DNA of 64,000 bases from the NCBI GenBank assembly GCA_902547295.1, contig CACCNJ010000006.1:2678-66677 (forward strand), in the 5' to 3' direction. The position numbers were made by a program, and so were the translations under genes. Positions within the stretch are counted from its first letter, which is position 1, and every line of letters starts with the position of its first letter. Below the pieces are notes generated by a model. It saw nothing but the letters and a program-made list of their open reading frames with translations, had not been told where the DNA came from and ran no database searches. The DNA is from an uncultured SAR86 cluster bacterium (GTDB taxonomy: Bacteria; Pseudomonadota; Gammaproteobacteria; Magnimaribacterales; D2472). This document shows, one piece after another, positions 36,994 to 45,569 of this stretch.

Positions 36994-38892
36994 ATGAACA
37001 CTTTAAACAGGGTTGTTCTGTTATTTAGTATTTTTGTCGTTGCCTCTTGCGGTGGTGGTGGCGGAGGTGGTGGCTCCGAGGATCCTTATAATCCTCCTGC
37101 CCCAACTAACAGTGCACCAACAATTACAAATACCGTATTCAATATTAGCGTAGTCGAAAATCAAACTTCTGCATTTACAGTGACCGCCTCTGACCCAGAT
37201 GGAAATACAATCACTTATAGTTTAACTGGTACAGACAGTAGTCTTTTTGGAATTACTATGGAAGGAGTCGTTACTTTCAATAATGCGCCTGATTATGAAA
37301 ATCCTTCGGATTCTAATTCAGATAATGTATATGAAATAACAGCCAATGTATCGGATGGATCTCTTTCAGATTCAGCAAATTTTATGGTAACAGTTACAAA
37401 CGATACTTCAGATGATGTAACAACAGAAGGTTACAATGGAACAGCTGTTGGAGCTGGTCCTATTCAAGGCGCAACTATATGTATAGAAATAAATGCTGGA
37501 ACCTGCTCAGGAGCACAATTTACAACAACTTCTGCACAAGATGGTACTTTTTCATTAACAGTTGACTCAGGCACTACTGGAGTCCTTCGAGGCGAAGGTG
37601 GATTTGACCCTGTTACAAATCTTCAATTTGGCGAGGGCGAGAGTCTTGCCCTGGGTCAACCTGTTACTGATCAAAATGTAGTCATCTCTGTTATCAGCGA
37701 ATTTATGAATGAAGGTGCTACTACTAACTATAATGCATATAAAGAAAGTTTAGGAATTGATCAGTCATTTATGATTAGATTCGATAATCCATTTTCTAAT
37801 CTTGATAATGCCGCTTATAACAAAGTAGCTGTAATCAACACACAGCTAGCTGTTTTAGGTAAGGTGCTAGAAGCAATTCATACAATTAATGAAGGGAGTG
37901 GTGCTCGTTTTAAAGTTTCGAATGCTATTCTTGCTAGATCAGGAACAGAGACATCTCTTGGCGATACTACCTTTATTAAAGATTTTTTAACAAATTATGA
38001 CAGCGACTTTTCACCATCAAGTCAACAATTAATTGATTTATCCTCAGGCATATCTGCTTACATGCAAAAAATAAATGCTAACTCCTCTAATTCACATTCG
38101 CATTTCTTGCAAGTTGGTGTGTCTGAGCTTTCTACTCTTATGAGTGCTGTAATGAGTGGAACAGCCACTTCAACTGAGTTAGATAAATTAGTTTTTAATA
38201 CTATAGATTGGATTAATGAAGATACTGCATGGGGTGGAGGTACGATAACTGATAATGAATCAAAACTTAATCAAATGAACTACACTCTTTCAAATAATGG
38301 AAGTTCTAATTATGTGGTTGATAATATTAATCCTTCAGATACAGAATTTATTATTTATGTTAAAGAAGGAGATGTGATTAAATTTGAGGCAACTACTGCG
38401 GTTACATCAGGGCACCCATTTAAGATGTCCACTGTTCAAAATGCTACAAGCTCCGATTCAGGTCAAATTGGAACTGCAGAAGGATGGAATCAAGATACGA
38501 TGACTTTAACAGTTAGCTCGTCAACTCCTGAAACTTTATATCCCTATTGTGATTTCCACTCTGGGATGTATTCGCAGGGCAAAATTGTAAAAGTATCATC
38601 ATATACCCAATCAAATATTGATATTACAAGTGCTACTGGTGCACTTCAAGTTAAAGGAACTGTAGCCACCGGTCCTTTTAAAGGTGCATCTGGTTATACC
38701 TATAAAGTATATCTAAATTCTCAGGGTGGGTCAGAACATACTCATACCTTCCATGAATATCCAGGACTAACTTTTTATATGCCTGCTGATCAAGGATATC
38801 ATGGGTCTGAATCCTCAAGTTCAGATACGCCATTCAAAGCTAAATCTCACTACGCATCATCAAGTGACGATACTATTAGCGACGAATATTAA
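36994..38892 (+). CDS. outer-membrane lipoprotein with cadherin-like domain and C-terminal cupredoxin (type-1 copper, amicyanin-like) domain
   Basis: AAGGAG RBS. Lipobox VASC followed by eight Gly. Cadherin-like TASDPDGNTITYSLTG...VTVTND. Candidate Cu ligands H474 (SGHPF) and C519-x2-H522-x2-M525 (YCDFHSGM), followed by GKIVKV. Confidence 0.7.
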   Translation: MNTLNRVVLLFSIFVVASCGGGGGGGGSEDPYNPPAPTNSAPTITNTVFNISVVENQTSAFTVTASDPDGNTITYSLTGTDSSLFGITMEGVVTFNNAPDYENPSDSNSDNVYEITANVSDGSLSDSANFMVTVTNDTSDDVTTEGYNGTAVGAGPIQGATICIEINAGTCSGAQFTTTSAQDGTFSLTVDSGTTGVLRGEGGFDPVTNLQFGEGESLALGQPVTDQNVVISVISEFMNEGATTNYNAYKESLGIDQSFMIRFDNPFSNLDNAAYNKVAVINTQLAVLGKVLEAIHTINEGSGARFKVSNAILARSGTETSLGDTTFIKDFLTNYDSDFSPSSQQLIDLSSGISAYMQKINANSSNSHSHFLQVGVSELSTLMSAVMSGTATSTELDKLVFNTIDWINEDTAWGGGTITDNESKLNQMNYTLSNNGSSNYVVDNINPSDTEFIIYVKEGDVIKFEATTAVTSGHPFKMSTVQNATSSDSGQIGTAEGWNQDTMTLTVSSSTPETLYPYCDFHSGMYSQGKIVKVSSYTQSNIDITSATGALQVKGTVATGPFKGASGYTYKVYLNSQGGSEHTHTFHEYPGLTFYMPADQGYHGSESSSSDTPFKAKSHYASSSDDTISDEY

Positions 38893-38916
38893 TTTCGTCT
38901 AACTGCATACGATCTA

Positions 38917-38944
38917 AATGCGGCCATATTGGTCGCATTTTTTT
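38917..38944 (+). terminator. intrinsic terminator of the cupredoxin-lipoprotein gene
   Basis: AATGCGGCC-atatt-GGTCGCATT 9-bp stem followed by a T run. Confidence 0.75.
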
Positions 38945-39266
38945 AATATCTTCGTAGATTTTTTGCTAGCTTCTTAGCATACTTTTTAAATTGCTTTATA
39001 GCAGAATTATAATCTTTGGTTTGGAAGTTATCGGCCAAAGAGTAACCATCCCAATAATATATTGAATAAATGTTATCTTTTTTTAATTCTAGTTCAATCG
39101 AAGCCGGGTCTGCGTTTTCATTTGAATTCTCAAAAATAATTACTTTGTTATCAAAAACTTCACAAGAAGTATTATCTAAGTCGCTAAAAAAAGATTTATG
39201 AAGATTGTAAAATTTTATCTTATCTTCACTTATGTTTGTTTTGATCATATGAATGATGCCTGCCAA
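38943..39266 (-). CDS. hypothetical protein
   Basis: 107-aa ORF with no recognisable motifs. Overlaps the upstream gene by 23-41 nt, depending on the start used. Confidence 0.4.
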   Translation of the reverse strand: MAGIIHMIKTNISEDKIKFYNLHKSFFSDLDNTSCEVFDNKVIIFENSNENADPASIELELKKDNIYSIYYWDGYSLADNFQTKDYNSAIKQFKKYAKKLAKNLRRY

Positions 39267-39477
39267 CTTTAAAAGATCTTAATTCTGAATGCTTTGTTTT
39301 TCTTCCCCTAACTCTCTTACGCCACAAATTAAAACTATTTCTATTGAGATTGTCTCTCATGATCTTTACAACTTGATCATGTGATAAATTAAATTGTGAC
39401 TCAATCGCATCAAATGGAGTTCTGTCTTCCCATGCCATTTCAATAATCCTTGATATGTCAGCTTCGGATAATTTCAC
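39226..39477 (-). CDS. DUF2805 / TIGR03643-family small protein
   Basis: IIEMAWEDRTPFDAIESQFNLSHDQVVKIMR...WRKRV matches my recollection of this family. Confidence 0.65.
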   Translation of the reverse strand: MKLSEADISRIIEMAWEDRTPFDAIESQFNLSHDQVVKIMRDNLNRNSFNLWRKRVRGRKTKHSELRSFKVGRHHSYDQNKHK

Positions 39478-40545
39478 TTAATTTGATAACAAGACTATAT
39501 TATTAGCTGCATTGTCATAGGTGAAGTATGCATCTTGTAAATGCCTTTTTCCATTAGGTATAAAAGGTTCACGAGCATGTAAAACTCTTAAACTTGCAAC
39601 CACAAGTGCCTCTCCCCCATTAAGTCTGAAAGTTGAACGATATTTTTTATCATGAACTCTCAATGAAATCTCATGATATGCCTTATAAAATTCACTTACG
39701 CCCTCTTTTCTTGGATCTATCATTTGCATTAATTGATTTGAAAATCTGAAACTTTCAATTGTTCCATCTGTTGCGCACTTAATAAGAGGCGCTTCAGCAT
39801 ATGTTTCATTTTCTTCATCGAATTCTCTAAATGGTACATTAAAATTTTGAAGTATTGAGAAGTATTCAGGCATCTCATCTTTAAGATCTTTTGCCACTTG
39901 CCAACCATCAACAATTATAGATTCCCCTCCCTCACATTCATTTTCTAACATATGCAAGACTTGAACGCTTGGTTGTGACTTATAACTTGCAAAGTCATTA
40001 TGTGGGGGAAGACCTTTTGGTGTATGCGCTACATTATATACATGACCTGTTACTGAAACATTATGAATTCTTTCAAAAAGGACTTCATTTATTGGTCCTA
40101 GCCTTTTAGCAAGAAATTCTAAAGAATTTGATTCCTTTGGAGCATCTTTAAGAATAATTACACCAAATGTTACGAAGGTTTTAAGAGCCTCAAGTGCTAT
40201 TTCATTACTATTTAAAAATTCTGTCCAACTATATTTTTCCGGCTGGAATCCCTCTGGCCATTCGCATTGGTCTGGATAGCGAGGTAAATATGAGTTTTTT
40301 ATTAGATCTATTGGAATAAAAGATTCATGGCCGTCAGGCCAAATAATCTTAATATTATTATCAATTTCTTCTACATGCTCTGGAACTATATCTACAGGAA
40401 CTGAATGCAATAAAAATTGTTTTTCCTGCGTCTCAGTAATTCTACATTCGTCGCACTGGCAATTGTCTCTTAGCCATAAAAAAGGCAGATCAAATTTATT
40501 TTTTTTTACAGTTAAAATTATTGAATCTTCTTTAATTTCAATCAT
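39478..40545 (-). CDS. gamma-butyrobetaine/trimethyllysine dioxygenase-like Fe(II)/2-oxoglutarate oxygenase (DUF971 + TauD fold)
   Basis: N-terminal LWLRDNCQCDEC (DUF971 Zn motif), PPHNDFASY (HxD) and distal VLHAR. Confidence 0.75.
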   Translation of the reverse strand: MIEIKEDSIILTVKKNKFDLPFLWLRDNCQCDECRITETQEKQFLLHSVPVDIVPEHVEEIDNNIKIIWPDGHESFIPIDLIKNSYLPRYPDQCEWPEGFQPEKYSWTEFLNSNEIALEALKTFVTFGVIILKDAPKESNSLEFLAKRLGPINEVLFERIHNVSVTGHVYNVAHTPKGLPPHNDFASYKSQPSVQVLHMLENECEGGESIIVDGWQVAKDLKDEMPEYFSILQNFNVPFREFDEENETYAEAPLIKCATDGTIESFRFSNQLMQMIDPRKEGVSEFYKAYHEISLRVHDKKYRSTFRLNGGEALVVASLRVLHAREPFIPNGKRHLQDAYFTYDNAANNIVLLSN

Positions 40546-41273
40546 AAATAAATATCAAATCTAGTTGTTTTACCTAATACCTGATAATTAATATTACTAT
40601 AGTTTTTTTCATACTTTAAAGGCCTTTTTAAAATAATTTTTTTGTATTCAAGATCAAAAAAATCCTTAACTAAGTTTTCTCCGCAGTTTGTAAAATTTTC
40701 AATCTCTAATATCTTTTTAATATTTTCTAATCTGCCTGATTTTTTGTTTTTTTTATTCAAAGATGGGTACATAGGGTCCAAATAAATAACATCAAATTCT
40801 TTTGACATGCTTTTGTAAACCTCCAATGAATTATCATTTAAAAATATTAAATTTTTTAATTCTGGTATCTTATCTTTAGCCCTTAATATCGCATCCTTAA
40901 CCAAAGAATAAATAATTTTACTTTGCTCTACAGCAACAACTTTGTGACCCAATGAAAGAAAAATCATTGTATCTGTCAATAAGCCTGCAGTTGAATCAAA
41001 TATAGATAGTTGTTTATCAGTCTTGCCTAAAGCTTTTCTTAAGTTTCTCTCATGATTAACTCTTTTAAGTCTCCATCCAAGTGCCCCACTCAAAAAATCT
41101 ATGTGCAAAACTTCTTTTGGATTTATAGAATCTTTTACAAAAGATAATCCATTTGAATCGTATACAAAATAATTATTAGCAGATGGTTTGTCAGTAACTT
41201 TTTCTAATTTAGAAAAGTTTGCAAAACTTTCATATGTTTCTTTGGTGATATCATCCTTGATAAAGATTTGCAT
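40542..41273 (-). CDS. rsmJ: 16S rRNA m2G1516 methyltransferase RsmJ
   Basis: DSTAGLLTDTMIFLSLGHKVVAVEQS and VIYLDPMYP match RsmJ (YhiQ) motifs. Confidence 0.75.
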   Translation of the reverse strand: MQIFIKDDITKETYESFANFSKLEKVTDKPSANNYFVYDSNGLSFVKDSINPKEVLHIDFLSGALGWRLKRVNHERNLRKALGKTDKQLSIFDSTAGLLTDTMIFLSLGHKVVAVEQSKIIYSLVKDAILRAKDKIPELKNLIFLNDNSLEVYKSMSKEFDVIYLDPMYPSLNKKNKKSGRLENIKKILEIENFTNCGENLVKDFFDLEYKKIILKRPLKYEKNYSNINYQVLGKTTRFDIYL

Positions 41274-42059
41274 CTAAATGATCAATAAAAGTATGCCAAG
41301 CAAAAACCTGTATGCAACAAAAGGAATCATTCCTATTTTTTCAACAAGCTTAAGAAATAACTTTATTGTGAAAAAAGCAATAATCATTGATGTGAAAAAA
41401 CCGATGCTTATACTAAGTAGGTCAAAACTAACATTTCCATTATTTAAATCAAAAATAAGTAAAGTTAATGCGCCAAGAATAGTTGGAATTGCAAGCAAAA
41501 ATGCAAATTTTGAAGCATCTTTTAGACTTAATCCAATCAAAAGACCTGCCGTGATTGCTGCTCCAGATCTTGAAGCGCCTGGTATCAAAGCAAAACATTG
41601 AAATAATCCAATAAAAGATGCGCCTAAGATAGTTATATTAATGAGAGTTTTTTTACCTTTATTGTTTAGAAAAGCAAAAAGCAATATTGATGCAAAGATT
41701 AAGTTTGAAATTGCAATATCATTAATGCTAAATATCCTTTGACTAATTAAATCTCTAAAAATAAATCCTAAGATAACTATTGGTATAGTGGCTATTATTA
41801 ATTGTATTGCTAAGTTTTTATCTTCATTAAAACTATTAGTTACAAGAAGTGATTTACTCATCAGAAAGATTTCATTTCTAAAATAATAAACTACTGCTAT
41901 CAATGTTCCGGCATGAACTGAAATATCAAAATATAATCCTAAATCATTTGAACCAAATATTAGTGTTGGGAACAATAAATGAGCAGAACTAGAGATTGGC
42001 AAAAATTCAGTTAAGCCTTGAACTAAGCCTAAAATAAAACTCAATAATATATCATTCAT
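41274..42059 (-). CDS. uppP: undecaprenyl-diphosphate phosphatase
   Basis: GLVQGLTEFLPISSSAHL and PGASRSGAAI motifs. 8 TM helices. Confidence 0.95.
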   Translation of the reverse strand: MNDILLSFILGLVQGLTEFLPISSSAHLLFPTLIFGSNDLGLYFDISVHAGTLIAVVYYFRNEIFLMSKSLLVTNSFNEDKNLAIQLIIATIPIVILGFIFRDLISQRIFSINDIAISNLIFASILLFAFLNNKGKKTLINITILGASFIGLFQCFALIPGASRSGAAITAGLLIGLSLKDASKFAFLLAIPTILGALTLLIFDLNNGNVSFDLLSISIGFFTSMIIAFFTIKLFLKLVEKIGMIPFVAYRFLLGILLLII

Positions 42060-42483
42060 TTAATTTTCTAAATTTAATATCTTCTTCATAAGTTGGATTA
42101 ACATTTTTAGGATCAAATCTTTTATGAGCATCTTCAGCAGATAAAAATTTCTTTTTTGCAATTATTACTAGCTCCTCTACATCAAGATTATTTTCAGAAT
42201 TATCTTCAATTAAAATTAGCGGTTTTTTTAGAGCAGTTGCAATACCTTTTAAAAAACTAGCAGTGATTCTTGTGGCGGTAAATGAATTTCGGTTGTTCTC
42301 AAATGCAAAAAGATCTATTTCACTTAAATTAAATATTTTTTTATGGCCTATGTTATCTAAAAACATGTCCCAATTTGGTCTATCCTTTCGGCCATGATCC
42401 ATTGTGAACGAATTAATTTCGTCATTTAGCATTAAACTTATACCGGTTCTATCACCAGAACTTTTTATGGCTAAAATTTTCAT
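42052..42483 (-). CDS. tsaB: TsaB (YeaZ)-like protein, strongly shortened (143 aa)
   Basis: MKILAIKSSGDRTGISL and SFTATRITASFLKGIATALKKPLILI align with the TsaB N-domain, and NPTYEEDIKFRKL with its C-terminal tail. The middle ~90 residues are absent. Confidence 0.6.
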   Translation of the reverse strand: MKILAIKSSGDRTGISLMLNDEINSFTMDHGRKDRPNWDMFLDNIGHKKIFNLSEIDLFAFENNRNSFTATRITASFLKGIATALKKPLILIEDNSENNLDVEELVIIAKKKFLSAEDAHKRFDPKNVNPTYEEDIKFRKLNE

Positions 42484-42485
42484 AT

Positions 42486-43130
42486 CTATATTTGAGATGA
42501 TATTGCTCTAAAAACTTCATCTACAGAATTAGAACCATCCACCTTTATGAATTTTAAAAGTCCAGAGTCGCTTTGACCTTTATAAAAAGTTGTAAGAGGT
42601 TTTGTTTGTTCATGATATACATCCAATCTCTTTAGGACTGTATCAGGCTTATCATCCTCTCGTTGAACTAGTGGCTCACCTGTTTCATCATCTAATCCGC
42701 TATTTTTTGGTGGATTATGATCAATGTGATAATTTCTTCCCGATGCAGGATGGACTCTTCTACCTGACATTCTTTTAACAATGATTTCATCCTCTACAAA
42801 AATTTCAATTACATGTGTAAAGTTAATTTTCATGTCAGCAAGCTGCTCAGCCTGTCCTATTGTTCTTGGAACACCGTCAAACAGAGATCCATTTTCACAA
42901 TCTGGTTTTAGAAGCCTTTCTTGAATTAAAGAGCCAATAATATCATCAGAAACTAAGCCACCTGAATCAAGAATCTCTGAAACCCTTGCACCTAATTCAC
43001 TGCCTGATGCAACAGCCTCTCTAAGCATATCGCCAGTACTTATTTTTGGAATATCACACAAATCGCATATCAAATCTGCTTGAGTACCTTTACCTGCTCC
43101 AGGAGGCCCTAATAAAATAATATTATTCAT
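42486..43130 (-). CDS. adk: adenylate kinase
   Basis: ILLGPPGAGKGTQA P-loop and a Cys-less lid. Length 214 aa. Confidence 0.95.
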   Translation of the reverse strand: MNNIILLGPPGAGKGTQADLICDLCDIPKISTGDMLREAVASGSELGARVSEILDSGGLVSDDIIGSLIQERLLKPDCENGSLFDGVPRTIGQAEQLADMKINFTHVIEIFVEDEIIVKRMSGRRVHPASGRNYHIDHNPPKNSGLDDETGEPLVQREDDKPDTVLKRLDVYHEQTKPLTTFYKGQSDSGLLKFIKVDGSNSVDEVFRAISSQI

Positions 43131-43330
43131 TTTTCTAATACCGCAATAGCAATTGCATAATCTCTTTCATCTGCAAGACTAACATGTGTTTTAGTTATAC
43201 CCAAGTCACTAATAATTTTCTCAAGTTTATTGAGCGCATTAAAAATTGGAGTTCCATTTTTGTCTCTAAGTATTTCAATATTTTTAAAATGAGTATCATT
43301 TCGAATGCCTGTTCCAATTCCAAATATCAT
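43127..43330 (-). CDS. acpS: holo-ACP synthase, internally deleted/truncated (67 aa; possible gene remnant)
   Basis: IGTGIRNDTHFKNIEILRDKNGTP...HVSLADERDYAIAIAVL aligns with E. coli AcpS residues ~70-124 ([24 protein letters not shown]...HVTLADERHYACATVI). ATGA overlaps at both ends. Confidence 0.6.
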   Translation of the reverse strand: MIFGIGTGIRNDTHFKNIEILRDKNGTPIFNALNKLEKIISDLGITKTHVSLADERDYAIAIAVLEK

Positions 43331-44034
43331 TTTTTTATTGATTTAAAGATTTTTCGACTAACCAGGTCTTTTCCTTCAAGGCAAATACCTATTGCTTTGG
43401 TTGTAATTTCTTTAAGGTATTTTAAAGGAACATCTTCAAGCTTTCGTTTTTTTATGCTCAAAATATCTTTGCCCTTGAAACTTGAATTATTTGATTTTCT
43501 AAATCCTCTTTCCGATACAAATACATATGATGATTCTGCTTCGATTGGGTCATTTGAATCAATTTCTGAATCATAATCAAATCCATATCCAAGCATATCA
43601 AGCAAATCTAGCTCAAAATGTCTGAGAGAAATCTCAAGATTATTATTTTTATTAATTTTTTTTAGGAATTCGTCATATAAAATAAACAATTCCTCATGTT
43701 TAGCATCTTTTGGAAGAAGTTTCATAAGTAGTTCATTTATATAAAGCAGACTATAGCTCACCTTTGAAAAAGTATTAGAGTTACTTGCTAAATCCCTATC
43801 AATACTTGTAAGTGTTTTTAATTCTGATCTTCCTGAGTAAGTTATTTTTAATTTTTGAAATGGTACTAAATAACCAAAAAATTTAGATTTTGGTTTTTTT
43901 GCGCCCTTAGCTATAAAAGATATCTTGCCACTTTTTTGGGTAAAAACATCTGCAATAATACTTGTTTCACCGTAAGATCTTTGATGTAAAAGGAAACAAT
44001 TATCATTGTTACTTTGACTCATAATTGCCTCCAA
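43327..44034 (-). CDS. recO: DNA repair protein RecO
   Basis: Position after era. N-terminal OB-fold pattern (LLHQRSYGETSIIADVFT). Length 235 aa. Confidence 0.8.
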   Translation of the reverse strand: MEAIMSQSNNDNCFLLHQRSYGETSIIADVFTQKSGKISFIAKGAKKPKSKFFGYLVPFQKLKITYSGRSELKTLTSIDRDLASNSNTFSKVSYSLLYINELLMKLLPKDAKHEELFILYDEFLKKINKNNNLEISLRHFELDLLDMLGYGFDYDSEIDSNDPIEAESSYVFVSERGFRKSNNSSFKGKDILSIKKRKLEDVPLKYLKEITTKAIGICLEGKDLVSRKIFKSIKK

Positions 44035-44917
44035 CTCCGAGGCTATGAATAAAACCTGAGTCTGTATTCCAGTTCTTTTTAACTTTTACCCAAGTTTTAA
44101 GAAAAACTTTTTTATTAATAAGTTTTTCTATATCTGACCTAGCCTGCTTACCAATTTGTTTGAGCACTTCTCCACCAGAGCCAATTACAATTTGTTTTTG
44201 TGAGTTTCTATTTACATATATAGTTGCATAAATTTCACTTAGATCATTTTTATCATCAATTTTTTCTATTTCAACAAAAGTATCATGCGGAAGCTCATCT
44301 CCAAGCTTTCTGATAATTTTTTCTCTTATTAGCTCGGAAAAAACAAATTTTTGATCATTTTTATGAAAAATTAAGTCATCTGAATAGATATGAGGATTTT
44401 GTGGAATATTTTCTTTAATAATGGATATAAGCTGATCTATGCCATCTTTTGTCTTTGCAGAGACCAACATAATTTCTTGAAACGTATGAATTGAAGCAAT
44501 CATTTCCAGAAATGGAAGCAATTTATTTTTATTTTCAACTTGATCGATTTTATTTATCACGCAAAAGACTTTTTGATTTGTATCTTTCAACTTGTTAATA
44601 ATTAATTCATCATTTTTGTCAAAACTTAGTCTTTGAATGACAAAAAGAACTAAATCTGAATCCTCAATGATACTTTGCGCTGATCTATTTAGAATTTTAT
44701 TCATAGTCTTTTCTGACTTGATATGCATTCCAGGAGTATCAATAAAAATCATCTGTTTATTTTTATGGGTTTTTACTCCAAGAATATTATTTCTTGTAGT
44801 TTGAGATTTTCTTGAAGTGATAGACACTTTTTTTTCTAAAATTGCATTGAGAATGGTAGATTTACCAACATTAGGCTTACCTATAATTGAAATATAACCA
44901 CAATATTCTTTAGGCAT
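44009..44917 (-). CDS. era: GTPase Era
   Basis: GKPNVGKSTILN, DTPG and NKID G-motifs plus a C-terminal KH domain. The Met at 44917 (MPKEYCGYISIIG) is preferred over the ORF-track start at 45028, which lies inside rnc. Confidence 0.9.
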   Translation of the reverse strand: MPKEYCGYISIIGKPNVGKSTILNAILEKKVSITSRKSQTTRNNILGVKTHKNKQMIFIDTPGMHIKSEKTMNKILNRSAQSIIEDSDLVLFVIQRLSFDKNDELIINKLKDTNQKVFCVINKIDQVENKNKLLPFLEMIASIHTFQEIMLVSAKTKDGIDQLISIIKENIPQNPHIYSDDLIFHKNDQKFVFSELIREKIIRKLGDELPHDTFVEIEKIDDKNDLSEIYATIYVNRNSQKQIVIGSGGEVLKQIGKQARSDIEKLINKKVFLKTWVKVKKNWNTDSGFIHSLGVGGNYESK

Positions 44918-45569
44918 TATTCTTTTTAAGATGTGACAAGGCTTCCTTAGCAGCTGCGATCTCTGCCTGCCTTTTAGAATTGCCAGAAGCCTCAAATAGA
45001 CCTTCAGGTAATTCGAGTTTGCAATCAAAGCCGCTATTAGATTCGCTTGTTATATATATAGGGAGTTTTAACTTTTTTGATTGAAGCAGTTCCTGCAGTT
45101 CTGTTTTAGAATCTCTAAACTCTTGATCTGCTTCAATAATTGATAGTTCTGTAGAAAATAATTTTAGGATAAAGTTATCTACACTATCCCAGTTGCTATC
45201 AAGAAATACTGCTCCAATAATAGATTCAATTGATCCTTCTAAAATTGAGAATTTTCTGCTATCAGATAAATTTGCAGTGCCTTTAGATATTTCAATATAT
45301 TGAACTAAATTTAATTCAGATGCTTTTTTTGAAAGAGTTTCTCCTTTGACAATAAATGATCTCATTCTTGTCAATAATCCCTCTCTTTCATTAGGAAATT
45401 TTAAAAAAAGATATTTAGATATAGACGAATTTAGAATTGAATCACCTAAATATTCTAATCTCTCATTATTACTTTTATTATTGAAGCTTTTATGAGTTAA
45501 AGCTAACTTTAATAGATTAATGTCTTTAAATTCATAATCGATGCTTTTCTGAAGATCTTTTAATGACAT
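44910..45569 (-). CDS. rnc: ribonuclease III
   Basis: NERLEYLGDSIL signature and a C-terminal dsRBD. Confidence 0.95.
   Translation of the reverse strand: MSLKDLQKSIDYEFKDINLLKLALTHKSFNNKSNNERLEYLGDSILNSSISKYLFLKFPNEREGLLTRMRSFIVKGETLSKKASELNLVQYIEISKGTANLSDSRKFSILEGSIESIIGAVFLDSNWDSVDNFILKLFSTELSIIEADQEFRDSKTELQELLQSKKLKLPIYITSESNSGFDCKLELPEGLFEASGNSKRQAEIAAAKEALSHLKKNNA

Noticed and set aside
36685-38945. tRNA-Leu followed by a lone opposite-strand gene, considered as a small integrated genomic islet.
   Set aside because: There is no integrase, no mobility gene and no direct repeat of the tRNA 3' end near the terminator at 38917-38944. The base composition looks like the rest of the window.
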